Source: Eledone cirrhosa (taxonomy: Eukaryota). Taken from it: a stretch of DNA of 64,000 nucleotides. Of the stretch, positions 30,471-44,490 are shown piece after piece. Where the stretch lies: positions 25,668,001 through 25,732,000 of the forward strand of contig OZ024763.1 in the NCBI GenBank assembly GCA_964016885.1, read 5' to 3'. Below the pieces are notes generated by a model. The model did not search any database, was not told where the DNA came from, and was given only the letters and a program-made list of their open reading frames with translations. Position numbers and translations under genes: made by a program. The first letter of the stretch is position 1. Each line of letters begins with the position of its first letter.

Positions 30471-30830
30471 CATTTAAATAAAAAAATTTACGTTTTTTTT
30501 TTGTGTTATATATATATATTTTCTTTTCTTTACAACATATTTAAACATTTTTTTACAACATATTTAAAAAAAAATTTATGCCACTTTTGATTTTTGTTTT
30601 TACGACATATTTTTTATTCCCCCTGCCCCCGACATTTGTGTGTGGCTGTGTGTGTGTGTGTCTTATTTCTTTCATGAAATTGGGTAATTCAGTCTGTGGT
30701 TTTGTCTGTATGTATGTGTGTGTCTGTGCGCGTGCCTATGTGGGTGTGTCATTGTGACTCTCTCTCTGTATCTGCGTTTGTGTCTGTATATCTGTGTGTG
30801 TGTGTCCGTATCCTTGTGGGTGTGTCTTTG

Positions 30831-30861
<31 letters not shown>

Positions 30862-31383
30862 GTGTATGTATCTGTGTCTCTGTGTGGTTGTGTGTGTGTC
30901 TCTCTCTCTCTATCTGTGTTTGTGTCTGTGGTTGTGTGTGTCTCTCTCTCTATCTGTGTTTGTGTATGTGTCTGTGTGTGTGGTTGTGTGTGTCTCTTTC
31001 TCTATCTGTGTTTGTGTATGTGTCTGTGTGTGTCGTTGTGTGTCTCTCTCTCTATCTGTGTTTGTGTATGTCTCTGTGTGTGTGGTTGTGTGTCTCTCTC
31101 TCTATCTGTGTTTGTGTCTGTGTGTGTGTGGTTGTGTGTCTCTCTCTCTCTCTCTATCTGTTTGTGTATGTGTCTGTGTCTCTGAGTGTGTGGTTGTGTG
31201 TGTCTCTCTCTCTCTGTATCTGTGTATCTGGTTGTGTGTGTGTCTCTCTCTCTCTATCTGTGTTTGTGTATGTGTCTGTGTCTCTGTGTGTGTGGTTGTG
31301 TGTGTGTCTCTCTCTCTCTATCTGTGTTTGTGTATGTGTCTGTGTCTCTGTGTGTGTGGTTGTGCGTCTCTCTCTCTCTCTCT

Positions 31384-32082
31384 GACTTTCCCCTTCCTTT
31401 CAAATTGTTGGCCTTGTACCTAAAAGTAGAAACAATTATTATTAAAGGCGGTGGATTGGCAGAATCGGTAGAGGGTCGGACGCCATGCTTTGACGCATAG
31501 AGTTACGGCCCTTGCCATTCTGAGTTCAAATCCTGCTGAGGTTAACTTTGCCTTTATGGATTGGCTGTGTCAGTAGAGCATCAGACAACAGGCTTTGCAG
31601 CATAGAGTTATGTCCGCAGGGGTTAACTTTGCCTTTCATCCTTACAGGGTCGATAAAATAAAGTACCAGTAATGTACTGGGGTTGATTTATCGACTTTCC
31701 CCTCCCCCAAATTTATTGGTCCTGTTCCTATAATAGAAATCATTATATATGTTCTGAGTTCAAATCCCACTACTATTAACTTTGCCTTTCATCCTTACAG
31801 GGTCGATAAAATAAAGTACCAGTAATGTACTGGGTAATTGCTGGCCTTGTGCCAAAAGTAGAATCAATTATTATTATTTAAAAAAAAACAGGGCGGTGGA
31901 TTGGCAGTATCAGTAGAGGGTCGGACGCCATGCTTTGACGCATAGAGTTACAGCCCTTGCCATTCTGAGTTCAAATCCCGCCGAAGTTAACTTTGCTTTT
32001 CATCCTTACGGGGTCGATAAAATAAAGTACCAGTAATGCACTGGGTAATTGCTGGCCTTGTGCCAAAAGTAGAAACAATTAT
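31384..32082 (+). mobile_element. head-to-tail cluster of family A SINEs
   Basis: Several full and partial copies. Confidence 0.85.
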
Positions 32083-33119
32083 TTAAAAAAACTTTTTAAT
32101 TAATTTGGCAAATAATGTCTTACTTTGAATAGAAAAATATTTTTGTCTTATTAGAAGACAAAAACAGTTTTAATTTCATTTTCGGTGGAATAGGATTAAA
32201 TGAGAGAAGGCTAGGTGACGGTGTTTGGACATATTTCAAAATCTTGTCCGACATTCTGTGTTGGACAAGGGGAATTTCGGCCATTGTTCTTAAATTCTCT
32301 AGTATATATGTCAGACCAGAATGTTGTTTGTGGTGTTGTTGTTGTTGTTGGTGGAGGTGAGACTATTGTTGGTGGGGGTGTTGTTGTTGGTGGTGTTGTC
32401 GGTGGTGGTGGAGTTGTGGTGTGGAGGTGATACTACTGTTGTTGTTGTTGTTGTTGGTGGTGGTCGTGGTGGTGGTGGATTGTGAAGTGGAGGTGATACT
32501 ACTGTTGTGGTTGTTGTTGTTGCTGGTGGTGTTGTCGGTGGTGGTGGAGTTGTGGTGTGGAGGTGATACTGTTGTTGTTGTTGGTGGTGGTGGTGGAGGT
32601 AGTGCTGTTGTTGGTGATGGTGGAGGTGTTGTTGGTGATAGTGGTGGAGTAGTGGAGTAGATGTGCTACTGTTGTTGGTGGTGGTTGGTGTGGTGGAGTG
32701 GAGATGGTACTGTTATTGTTGTTGGTGGTGGTAGATGAGGGTGGCGGCGACAACGATGGTGGTGGCAGTGGTGATGATGATGATGGTGGTGGTGGTGGTC
32801 ATGCTATTGGTGATGATGGTGATCATACCGTTGGTGATGATGATGGTGGTGATTGTGCTGTTGATGATGATGATCATGCTGTTGGTGATGGTGATGATGA
32901 TGATGATGATTTTTAAAAATGTTGATTATGATGATGGTGGTGGTGGTGATACCGTCGATGATGATGTTGGTGGTAGTGGTGATGGTGGTGGTGATGTTAT
33001 TGTCTATGAAACAACTGACTTCCCTTCAATGAAGTTAATAGTTTAATTCTGGGCCAGCAACATATGTTAGGACTCTTAATTGAATTTTCCTTTCTGACTT
33101 TTCCACATTAGCTTACATA

Positions 33120-33165
<46 letters not shown>

Positions 33166-33406
33166 ATGAGAAGAAAGAATACTGCGTGGTTGCACATGGG
33201 TTACATATGATAAAAATAGTCCTTCATCAGTGATTTTCTAACCTTCATTGGTATTTCATCGCATTAAAAATCATATACCTCCAGTTGGTGTGAGCAATAG
33301 CTAAATAAAGCTATTGGGACAAGTAAATCGCGTAAAGCGAGTGAGACAAGTAAACAACATAGAAGGATGAAAGCAACGCAAAGATAGGAAAAAACAAGCA
33401 ATATGG

Positions 33407-33442
<36 letters not shown>

Positions 33443-33479
33443 TGGTGGCTGCCAACCATTTTCGAGTACGGCCACTACT

Positions 33480-33885
33480 TTATATCCATGTAGAACCCCT
33501 ACCGATGCGCTGAACGAGTGTGACTTTTTAGTCCAGCCAGCGACTTGAAAACTCTGGTACAAACACTACACTTGTGACAATTATTGACACATAGTGCTGG
33601 GCCCATGGTACCATGTGACGACAAGTGCAGAGAGATCTCCAGATATAAAGCAATGCCTGTGCCGTGAAGCTTTTATAGTGAGCAAAGGCACTGCACAAAG
33701 CCAGTCTCACTCTCTTAACCAAGATGATATTTACCAAAAAGAAGAACAAGTCAACATCATTGGATACCATCAGGGTTGCAGGTGTTACATCAGAGTTTTC
33801 CTTCTAGAATTTTGCCTTGACAAAGGCTAAGGGGTCATCTCTCCTGGTGATTTTGGATGGCCATTGACTCTTAAGAGCACCTTTG
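33480..33885 (-). pseudogene. degenerate non-LTR reverse transcriptase fragment
   Basis: Peptides LCSAFAHYK and SHSFSASVGVLHG resemble the AFxDxxKAFD and GVxQG RT motifs in the right order; stops and frameshifts present. Confidence 0.45.
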
Positions 33886-33919
33886 CCCTTTGACATATAT
33901 ATATATACATGTGTGTGTG

Positions 33920-33950
<31 letters not shown>

Positions 33951-34069
33951 AATAGAATAATACTTTCCTTTGAATATAAACATATAATAATAATGAAATT
34001 GTGTACAGTCCTCAGGTTCACTACAACGCACGTATATATATGTGTGTATAAAGGCATGTATATATGTGT

Positions 34070-34450
34070 GTATAATGCATATTACATTATACACATAATG
34101 CATGTTTATATGTGTGTATAATGCATGTTTATATGTGTGTATAATGCATGTGTATCTGTGTGTATAATGCATGTGTATCTGTGTATAATGCATGTATGTT
34201 TGTATAATGCATGTGTATATGTGTGTATAATGCATGTGTATATGTGTGTATAATGCATGTGTATATGTGTATAATGCATGTGTATATGTGTGTATAATGC
34301 AATGCATGTATATATGTGTGTATAATGCATGTGTATATGTGTGTATAATGCATGTATATATATATGTGTATATGTGTGTATATGTGTGTATAATGCATGT
34401 GTATATGTGTGTATAATGCAATGCATATATATGTGTATAATGCATATGCC
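34070..34450. repeat. ~22-bp minisatellite (GTGTATAATGCATGTGTATAT)
   Basis: Direct periodicity. Confidence 0.9.
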
Positions 34451-34454
34451 TATA

Positions 34455-34775
34455 TAAGAAACCATTATTATTCGATAAAATAAAGTACCAGTAATACACT
34501 GGGGTCAATTTAATTGAGTTTCCTCTCTCCAAAAATTGTTGGCCTTGTGCCTAAATCAGAAACCATTAACTCGGGGCGGTGGATTGGCAGTATCGGTAGA
34601 GGGTCGGACGCCATGCTTTGCAGCATAGAGTTGCGTCCCTTTACGGTCTGAGTTCAAATCCCGCCGAGGTTAGCTTTGCCTTTCATCCTTACGGGGGTCG
34701 ATAAAATAAAGTACCAGTAATACACTGGGATAATTGCTGGCCTTGTGCCAAAAAGTAGAAACAATTATTATTATA
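34455..34775 (+). mobile_element. family A SINE pair
   Basis: Same head, core and tail as 14853. Confidence 0.85.
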
Positions 34776-35362
34776 AGTAGTAGTAGTAGTAGTAGTAGAA
34801 GTAGAGGTTGTTGTTGATGTTGTTGTTGTTGTTGGTGATTGTGAGGTTGTTGGTGGTTGTGAGGTTGTTATTGTTGTTGGTGGTGTTCTTGGTGGTTGTG
34901 AGGTTGTTATTGTTGTTGGTGGTGTTCTTGGTGGTGGTGGTTGTGAGGTTTTGTTGTTGTTATTGTTGGTGGTTGTGAGGTTGTTGTTGTTGTTGTTGGT
35001 GGTGTTGGTAGTAGTAGTAGAAGCCTCAGTAGCTGGTTGCAGAGATCATAAAGGAGAGGAGAGGGTGAGAGGGAGGACAAAGAGGTGGAAGAGGAGGTTA
35101 ATGGGGGGGGGGGGTAGGAGGAGGAGGAGGAGACCAACGGAAATTATAACATTGGCATATTTCCTTTGGACAGCTTACCAATAAATTGAAGACAGCAACA
35201 CTAACAACAACTGCATATATACACACACACACACATATATATATATACATGTATCTATAGTGTATGTATGTATGTGTATATATATACATACACATGTATC
35301 TATAGTGTATGTATGTATATATATATATATACACACACACATGTATCTATAGTGTATGTATG

Positions 35363-35394
<32 letters not shown>

Positions 35395-35534
35395 TGTATC
35401 TATAGTGTATGTATGTACATATATATATGTGGTTTTGTTTCATAGAACCAGAACTGGTTTTGGTTGGGTTGGTATCAAAAAGCTTAATGAAGAATATTGA
35501 AGGATTTTAAAAAATTATGTTAGAAGATTTTAAT

Positions 35535-36106
35535 TTAACCCTTTAGCATTTACAATACTCTATATTTACTATATTTTCATGGTAAAGGCTTTACTTCACA
35601 TAATTATCTCACATAATATCAAATCTATGAGATTTTGATATTATTTATTTTGATAACAATACCTTAACATCAGTATGAGCTGTCAGTTATGGCCAGTTTA
35701 AACAGAAAAAGGTGAGAGAATTCTGGCCGGATGTGACCAGTTTTGTCCTCAAAATAAAAAAATATCAAAATCTCGTAGATTCGATATTATGTGAGATAAT
35801 TATGTAAGATAAAGCATTTACCACAAAAAATACAATAAAGGGTTCAACAAAAATAGATGAGTGAATTCTGGCCGGATATGGGCGGTTTAAACCTTTAGCA
35901 TTTGCACTATATATTTACTATTATATTTTCATGGTAAAGGCTTTACCTCACATAATTATCTCACATAATATCTAATCTATGAGATTTTGATATGATTTAT
36001 TTTGAGGACAATACCTTAACATCAGTATGAGCAGCCGGTTACAGCTGGTTTAAACAGAAAGAGGTGAGAGAATTCTGGCTAGACATGGACGGTTTAAATG
36101 CTAAAT
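35535..36106. mobile_element. nested/tandem piggyBac-like MITE copies
   Basis: TTAACCCTTTAGCATTTAC start; internal inverted partial copy. Confidence 0.75.
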
Positions 36107-36194
36107 GGATGGTTTTGTTTCATGGAACCAGAGCCAGTTTTGGTCAGGTTAGTATCAAAAGGGTTTACTAGACCCACTGAATAAACTGACTAAA

Positions 36195-37452
36195 ATAATT
36201 GTTTCTATTTTTGGCACAAGGCCAGCAATTACCCCAGTGTATTACTGGTACTTTATTTTATCGACCCCGTAGGGACGAAAGGCAAAGTTAACCTCGGCGG
36301 GATTCAAACTCAGAATGACAAGAGCCGTAACTCTAGGCGTCAAAGCATCGCGTCCGACCCTCTTCCGATACTGCCAATCCACCATCCTTAATGGGTTTTT
36401 TATATAAGAACAAGGCCAGCAATTTGGGGCGAGGGGAAAGTCAATTAAATCGACCCAGTGCATAACTGGTACTTTATTTTAGCGGGATTTGAACTCAGAA
36501 CGTATATGGCCATAACTCTATACCGCAAAGGATGGTATCCGACGCTCTACCGGTTACTACCAATCCAACGAAGAATAATGAAGTCAATATAATCAATTTA
36601 ACCCCCACATCCTATCCCCTCCCACCTCCCACCCCACAAATTTCTGGCCTTGTCCTTAAATTGGAAATCATTATTTTTATGATGTATCTCATCTCAATAA
36701 AATAATTGATTGGTTTTGATGAAGAACTTAACACAATAATTATAGAGTCCAAATAGGTTGGGGAGGAGGGGGGGGGGTTCTTTTACTGTTGCTTTTTAAA
36801 AATCATTTTTTAAAAAAGTCTTTTGTTTTACTGTATTATTGAAGTATTTCAAAAGAAAAAAAAAAATCAGGTGCTGAATAATAATAATAATAATAATAAT
36901 TGTTTCTACTTTTGGCACAAGGCCAGCAATTATCTCAGTACATTACTGGTACTTTATTTTATCGACCCCATAAGGATGAAAGGCAAAGTTAACCTCGGCG
37001 TAATTTGAACTCAGAATGGCAAGGGCCGTAACTCTATGCGTCAAAGCATGGCGTCCGACCCTCTACCGATACTGCCAATCCAGGCAAGCAATTTTGGCGG
37101 AGGGGAAAGTCGATTAAATCGACCCCAGTGCGTGACTGGTACTTTATTTTATTGACCCCATAAGGATGAAAGGCAAAGTTAACCTCGGCGGGATTTGAAC
37201 TCAGGCCGTAAAGGGCCGCAACTCTATGTTGCTAAGCATGGCGTCCAACCCTCTACCGACACTGCCAATCCACAATAATAATAATAATTGTTTCTACTTT
37301 TGGCACAAGGCCAGCAATTATCCTAGTGTATTACTGGTACTTTATTTTATCGACCCCTGTAAGGATGAAAGGCAAAGTTAACCTTGGTGGGATTTGAACT
37401 CAGATTGTAAAGGGAGGTAACTATGTTGGAAAGCATGTCCGACCCTCTACTG
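36195..37452 (-). mobile_element. clusters of family A SINEs on the minus strand
   Basis: Reverse complements of the 14853 element, ~5 copies. Confidence 0.85.
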
Positions 37453-37454
37453 AT

Positions 37455-37695
37455 AGTCATGTAGGTGTCACAATAAAAAGCACCCAGTCCACATTGTAAA
37501 GTGGTTGTGTTGGTGTCACAACAAAAAGCACCCAGCCTACACTGTAAAGTGGTTGTGTAGGTGTCACAATAAAAAGCATCCAGTCCACACTGTAAAGTGG
37601 TTGTGCTGGTGTCACAACACAAAGCACCCAGCCTACACTGTAAAGTGGTTGTGTAGGTGTCATGACAAAAATCACTCAGCACACTATAAATGTGG
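37455..37695 (+). repeat. ~52-bp tandem repeat derived from SINE body
   Basis: GGTGTCACAA..AAAAGCACCCAG.CCACACTGTAAAGTGGTTGTG x~4.5. Confidence 0.8.
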
Positions 37696-38826
37696 TTAGC
37701 ATTAAGACATGCTAGCGTGGAAAATGGCCGTAAAACAGTGATGATGATGATGATGCTCCCAAATAGTTGTAGACAACAATGATATTGTTCCACCATTCCA
37801 TTATTCCACCATACCACTATTCCACTACATATGCAGATTTAATCGAGTCACTCAGCCGTATGACTTTGTTTACAAATTAATTATCTAAAAAAAATCATAA
37901 AACAAATAACCAAAACAAAAAGGAAATTTAATTCAATTCCGTTAAATTAAATTTAAAAACATACAAAAATTTCTTTCTTTTCTCTTCATAAATATATTTT
38001 ATTTTTTATTTTTTCATAATTTTTAAGAAATATAAAAAAAACATATTAGATATATTTATTGTTGGTGCAAAAGTATTTAGTTTTCGTGGTAGTGGTGGTG
38101 GTGTTGGTATTAGGTAGTGGTGGTAGTAGTAGAAGTAGTGGTGGTGGTAGTAGTTGTGGTGGTGATAGTAGTAGAAGTAGTGGTTATGGTATTAGGAAGT
38201 GGTGGTTGTGATAGTAGTAGTGGTGGTGGTGGTGGTGGTGGTGGTATTAGGTAGTAGTAGTAGTAGTAGGGGTGGTGGTGGTGGTATTAGGTAGTAGTAG
38301 TTGTAGTGGTGGTGATGGTATTAGTTAGTAGTAGTATTAGAAGTAGTGGTGGTAGTAGTAGTAGTAGTAGTGGTGGTATTAGGTAGTAGTAAATTGTAAT
38401 TTCTTTATTTACCACACAAAAAAAAAAAAACTCTTCACTTTATCTGGGAGGGACCCCTCCCACCACACAAAACACTAGATTTTTGAAAATTTCCCATGAT
38501 CCCTGACCTGTAAAGTCCTCTAGAAGAGCCTGATCAGATTACCCTTGTCAATGCTTAGAGCTACTCCCAGGCCATCATCGCTCATACCTTCCACTAACCC
38601 TCTATCCCAGAGTTTCCTAAATTTTTTTGCATCAACGTCCAATTTCACATGAAAACATTTTCCACCACCCACCTGTATAATAAATATTCAAAAGTATACC
38701 GAAAATGTTTGGCAAAAGTTTGCTACAGTTTTGTTATTCCCATTTAGCCTCTGGTTTTTTTATACAGGTTCTTTGCATATCTCCTTTGAGTATTTCTTTT
38801 TGGGTAGCATATTTTGAAATACCTTC

Positions 38827-39600
38827 TTAACCCTTCAGCATTTACATTACTCTATATATATACTATTGTGTATTCATGGTAAAGGCTTTATCTTACATAA
38901 TTATCTCACATAAAGTTGAATCTACGAGATTATGATGTTATTTATTTTGAGAACAATACCTTAACATAAGTATGAGGGGTCAGTTATGGCTGGTTTGAAC
39001 TGAAAGAGGTGAGAGAATTTTGGCCGGATATGGGTGGTTTAAATGCTAAAGAGTTAATACTCAAAATCCCATATCATCCACCATAGCCTCCTGTTATTTT
39101 GTGTTTGTTTTTTATACAGGTTCTTTGCATATCTCCTTTGAATATTTTTCTTGGGTTGCATATGTTGAAATACCTTCTTAACCCTTTAGTATTTACATTA
39201 CTCTATATTTACTATTTTATATTCATGGTAAAGGCTTTATCTTAGATAATTATCTCACATAATATCGAATATATGAGGTTTTGATGTTATTTATTTTACG
39301 AACAATATCTTAACATAAGTATGAGTGGTCGGTTGTGGCTGGTTTGGTAATTAAAGGGTTAACTATTATATTTTCATGGTAAAGGCATGATACCTCACAT
39401 AATATCGAATCTATGAGATTTTAAAAGTATTTTTGAGAACAATACCTTAACATTAGTTTGAGCGACCAGTTACAGCCAGTTTCAACAGAAAGAGGTAGAG
39501 AATTCTGGCTGGTTTTGGCCGGTTTGAACATTAAAGGGTTAAAATGGGTGGCTTCAGAGAACCAGAGCTGGTTTGGCCAGGTTGGTAACTAAAGGGTTAA
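38827..39600. mobile_element. piggyBac-like MITE cluster, including a tandem duplication with flank
   Basis: TTAA-CCCTT...AAAG(A/G)G-TTAA ends; the flank 38756-38826 recurs at 39108-39177. Confidence 0.75.
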
Positions 39601-40086
39601 AAAGACCATAAAGGGGCCGTAACTCTCTGCTGCAAAGCATGGTGTCCGACCCTCTACCGATACTGCCAATCCTTACATGGAATAATAATGATATATTAGC
39701 CAAACCAATTCTCAATAGGTTGTAATTATTGTTTACTGTGTTGTGAAAAGAATTCCTGCCATCTTTTGGTTCATAAATTTTTCTGTATATTTCTTGGAAT
39801 AAATTGGAAAAAAATTAAATATTTTTTTTAGATTTTATTAATTTTTATTAATTTTATTAACTTTATTAATTTTATTAATCTTATTTTTCTTTCTTTCAAG
39901 AAACTGTCAATAAAAAAAAGGGGTTGGGTGGAGGGTTAAAGAAATGATGTAAATTCTTGGCTAGCTACATTGAAGAAATTCTTACCCCCCCCCCCCCCCC
40001 TTCTGTCTTTCTTTCTTCCTCCTTTCTTTCTTCTTTCCTTTGTTTGCTTTTCTTTCTTTCTTTCTCCTCACTGTATCTTCTTCTCT

Positions 40087-41418
40087 ATTGTTGTTGTTGT
40101 TGTTGATGTTGTTACAGTTGTTGTTATTACTGTTAGTGTTGCTGTTGTTGTTATGGTTGTTATTGTTGCTGTTGTTGTTGTTGATGTTGTTACAGTTGTT
40201 GTTATTACTGTTAGTGTTGCTGTTGTTGTTATGGTTGTTGATGTTACAGTTGTTGTTACTGTTAGTGTTGCTGTTGTTGTTATGGTTGTTGTTGTTGTTG
40301 TTGTTACAGTTGTTGTTACTGTTAGTGTTGCTGTTGTTATGGTTGTTATTGTTGTTGTTGTTGATGTTGTTACAGTTGTTGTTATTACTGTTAGTGTTGC
40401 TGTTGTTGTTATGGCTGTTATTGTTGTTGTTGTTGTTACAGTTGTTGTTGTTACTGTTAGTGTTGCTATTGTTGTTATGGTTGTTGTTATTGTTGTTGTT
40501 GTTGTTGATGTTGTTACAGTTGTTGTTATTACTGTTAGTGTTGTTGTTATGGTTGTTATTGTTGCTGTTGTTGTTGATGTTGTTACAGTTGTTGTTGTTA
40601 CTGTTAGTGTTGCTGTTGTTGTTATGGCTGTTATTGTTGTTGTTGTTGATGTTGTTACAGTTGTGGTTGTTACTGTTAGTGTTGCTATTGTTGTTATGGT
40701 TGTTGCTGTTGTTGTTGATGTTGTTACAGTTGTTGCTGTTACTGTTAGTGTTGCTATTGTTGTTATGGTTGTTATTGTTGCTGTTGTTGTTACAGTTGTT
40801 GTTGTTACTGTTAGTGTTGCTATTGTTGTTATGGTTGTTGTTGTTGTTGTTGTTGTTACAGTTGTTGTTATTACTGTTAGTGTTGCTATTGTTGTTATGG
40901 TTGTTGTTGATGTTGTTGCTGTTGTTATTGTTATTACAACTGTTGTTGTTATTGTTGAAATAAATAATCTTCCTGGTTATGTAACAATAGAACATATGTC
41001 AGATATTCAATTTCTTTTGGATGATGATAGTGGTGGTGGTGGTAGTGGTGGTAGTGGTCGTGGTGGAAATGGTGGTGGTGGTGGTGGTGGCGGTAATAGA
41101 AATAGTGGTGGTGGCGGTGGTGGTAATAGAAATAGTGGTGGTGGCGGTGGTGGTAATGGAAATGGTGGTAATGGTGGTGATGATAGTGGTGGTGGTGGTG
41201 GTGGTGGTAATGGAAATAGTGGTGGTAATGGAAATAGTGGTGGTAATGGAAATGGTGGTAATGGTGGTGGTAGTGATGGTAATGGAAATAGTGGTAGTGG
41301 TGGTGGTAATGGAAATAGTGGTGGTGGTAATGGAAATGGTGGTGGTGGTGGTAATGGAAATAATGGTGGTGGTGGTAATGGAAATAGTGGTAGCTGTGGT
41401 AGTGGTGGTGGTGGTGAC
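40087..41418. repeat. (GTT)n-based then (GGT/AAT)n-based low-complexity arrays
   Basis: Direct inspection; explains the poly-V/N/G ORFs. Confidence 0.9.
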
Positions 41419-41754
41419 GGGAGGAAGTGGTGGGGTGGTTTGGGGAAGGTCAGATGTGAAACTAAAGACATGGAAATATATATTGAATTTTATGTGTGTA
41501 TGTGTATGATGTACCTGTATGTGTGTGGGATGGATTGGTGGTTATATAGATAGATAGGTATCATCATCATCATCATCGTTTAAACGTCTATCTTCCACGC
41601 TAGCATGGGTTAGACGGGAGTTGTCCCACTTGAGGCAAGATTGATCGGGTGACCGTGTCTCGCTCATATAGGACGATCTATATATGTAGGTATGTAGATA
41701 GATAGGTAGATAGATACATAGATAGGTAGATAGATACATAAATAGATAGATATG

Positions 41755-42242
41755 TTTCTTTTATTTGCCACAAGGGCATCAAAAGTGGGACAAGTACAAT
41801 GGGAGGAGTTTACAAAACAAGGCGTCCTCAATAGGGAGGAGGCAATAACAATATATAAAAATAAAATAAAATATAACAAAAAATAGAATTATAACAAAAT
41901 CCTCAATAGAGAGGAGGCGCCTTGGGGGGTCGCACACACCCCCGAAAAAAGTGTGCAACCCTTTTCCTCAGGAGCACAGAGAGGGGGTGCTCCCTTGTTC
42001 CTTCCTGTTTTCCACCTACAGGCTTATGTAAAGAGAAGGCCCATTCACACGGGCCATTCTCGCCACTTTCACCCACCTTTCATAAAAACGACTGGGGTGC
42101 AGCACCTCTCTCTCCATCCTGATCCTTCTTCCGAAATGATATCGGAAGAAACACACACCCCCGAAAAAAGTGTGCAACCCTTCTCCTCAGGAGCACAGAG
42201 AGAGGGTGGTCCCTTGATCTTTCATCTTTCTCACCTACAGTC
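41755..42242 (-). mobile_element. probable Tx1/L1-like LINE 3' end
   Basis: Minus strand FFRYHFGRRIRMEREVLHPSRFYERWVKVARMARVNG..stop, then UTR ending CCCTTGTGGCAAATAAAAGAAA; similar tails at ~52705 and ~61348; 41932-42021 duplicated at 42152-42240. Confidence 0.55.
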
Positions 42243-42355
42243 TGATGTAGAGTATAGGTAGATAGATAGACAGATAGTTAAATACATGTTGTAGGTTTAT
42301 TCTTGAAATCAAATACTCAGATCTGCTCAATGTTTTCATGAAAATTTGTCTCTCT

Positions 42356-42419
<64 letters not shown>

Positions 42420-42486
42420 AGACAATATGGATATATATATATATATATAATATATAAGATCAAAAGATGGTTAAAAGAGTTCCATG

Positions 42487-42555
42487 TATTTTATTATGCG
42501 CATTTCAAAAACAAATATCATCATGCAATAACATTTGTTTTCATCAGATAAAATA
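42487..42555 (-). ncRNA. type I hammerhead motif, left arm of inverted repeat
   Basis: TATTTTAT-CTGATGA-[long stem II]-GAAA-TGCGCA-TA-ATAAAATA; 8-bp stem I, palindromic stem III AUGCGCAU. Confidence 0.75.
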
Positions 42556-42613
42556 GGAAGACATGATATGAAGGTTAAAAAACACTTGTGGATAGTGCAG
42601 TTTTAAATCAACA

Positions 42614-42674
42614 TATCTGATGAAAATACAAATGTTATTGGATGATGATATTTGTTTTTGAAATGCGCATAATA
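42614..42674 (+). ncRNA. type I hammerhead motif, right arm of inverted repeat
   Basis: TAT-CTGATGA-AAATACAAATGTTATT-GGAT-GATGATATTTGTTTTT-GAAA-TGCGCA-TA-ATA. Confidence 0.7.
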
Positions 42675-42832
42675 AAATACATGGAACTCTTTTAACCATC
42701 TTTTGATCTTATATATTATGTATACTCCAGTCCTACAAACTGTAGAGTGCTTCTTATCTGATATCTGTATTGCTTTATTGTACTACAATAAAACTCACCT
42801 CCTACATATATATATATATGTGTGTGTGTGTG

Positions 42833-42864
<32 letters not shown>

Positions 42865-43289
42865 TATATATATACACATATATATATATATAGATAGATA
42901 GATATATAGATATATGTATATATATATATCTATGTGTATGTATATATAGATATATGTATATCTATGTGTATGTATGTATAGATATATGTATATCTATGCG
43001 TATGTGTATGTATAGATATATGTATGTATGTATGTGTGTATATATATATACATATATATATATAGATAGATAGATATATAGATATATGTATATATATATC
43101 TATGCGTATGTGTATGTATGTATTGATATATGTATATCTGTATGTATATATATATCTATGCGTATGTGTATGAATGTATAGATATATGTATATCTGTATG
43201 TATGTATGCATATGTATGTATGTATATATATGTATAGATATATGTATGTATGCATATGTATGTATATATATGTATAGATATATGTATGT

Positions 43290-43845
43290 ATGTATGCATA
43301 TGTATATATGTATGTATATATTTGAAAACAAATTTCTTTATATGTATATTTATATATATCTGTGTGTGTATATATATATATATATATGTATGTATGCATA
43401 TGTATATATGTATGTATATATTTGAAAACAAATTTCTTTATATGTATATTTATATATATCTGTGTGTATATATGTATGTATGCATATGTATATATGTATG
43501 TATATATTTGAAAACAAATTTCTTTATATGTATATTTATATATATCTGTGTGTGTATATATATATATATATGTATGTATGCATATGTATATATGTATGTA
43601 TATATTTGAAAACAAATTTCTTTATATGTATATTTATATATATCTGTGTGTGTATATATATATATATATATGTATGTATGCATATGTATATATGTATGTA
43701 TATATTTGAAAACAAATTTCTTTATATGTATATTTATATATATCTGTGTGTATATATATATATATCTGTATGCATATGTATATATGTATGTATATATTTG
43801 AAAACAAATTTCTTTATATGTATATTTATATATATCTGTGTGTGT
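43290..43845. repeat. ~87-100-bp tandem repeat, 6 copies, with variable internal (TA)n
   Basis: TTTGAAAACAAATTTCTTTATATG at ~43321, 43420, 43507, 43605, 43705, 43797. Confidence 0.9.
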
Positions 43846-44424
43846 ATGTATATATATATACACACATATATATATACACACACACAAATACATATACAGA
43901 CACACATACATACACATACAGACACACACATACATTACTGTGGTAAATTTGTATGTATAAAATATATAAACACAAAAACCTGAAAATGTTGTTTCTATTC
44001 AGATTAAAGATTTTAACATTTATATTTTTCTTAAATATTATTTTATTCTATATTATATTATTATTATTACTATTTTTTGGGGGTAATTCTATTAGCTCTA
44101 TCGATGTTATTATATGTACCTTCCTGTTACTGCGAACATTTTGTAGCTTCTGTTACACTTGTATATAGAAATTGGTTTGTATTGAATGCATATACTGTAT
44201 GTGTGTGTGTATAATGTTTTTATATATGTATGTGTGTGTGTATACGTACACACACACACACATACATATATATATATACACACATACATACACACACATA
44301 CATACATATATAAAAATATTATATATATATATATAATATATACAGCCAGCTTAAACCTCTTCAAATGGAAGTCGGTGTTATAACGGTATGTCGAATCTAT
44401 TTATCTATAAAACTGTTTATATTG

Positions 44425-44490
44425 TATTTTGTCTGAGGAAGGCATAGCATATTGTTAATATGATATCCCCGAAATATATATAATGAAATA
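44425..44490 (+). ncRNA. type I hammerhead motif
   Basis: TATTTTGT-CTGAGGA-[imperfect stem II with CATATT-GTT-AATATG]-GAAA-TATATA-TA-ATGAAATA. Confidence 0.65.

Noticed and set aside
33200-33235. Minus-strand CTGATGAAGGACTA as a hammerhead
   Set aside because: Only the 5' half is present; no GAAA or stem III follows
39970-41553. 527-aa Val/Gly-rich and 337-aa Asn-rich ORFs
   Set aside because: Translated trinucleotide repeats open in several frames; no non-repetitive domain
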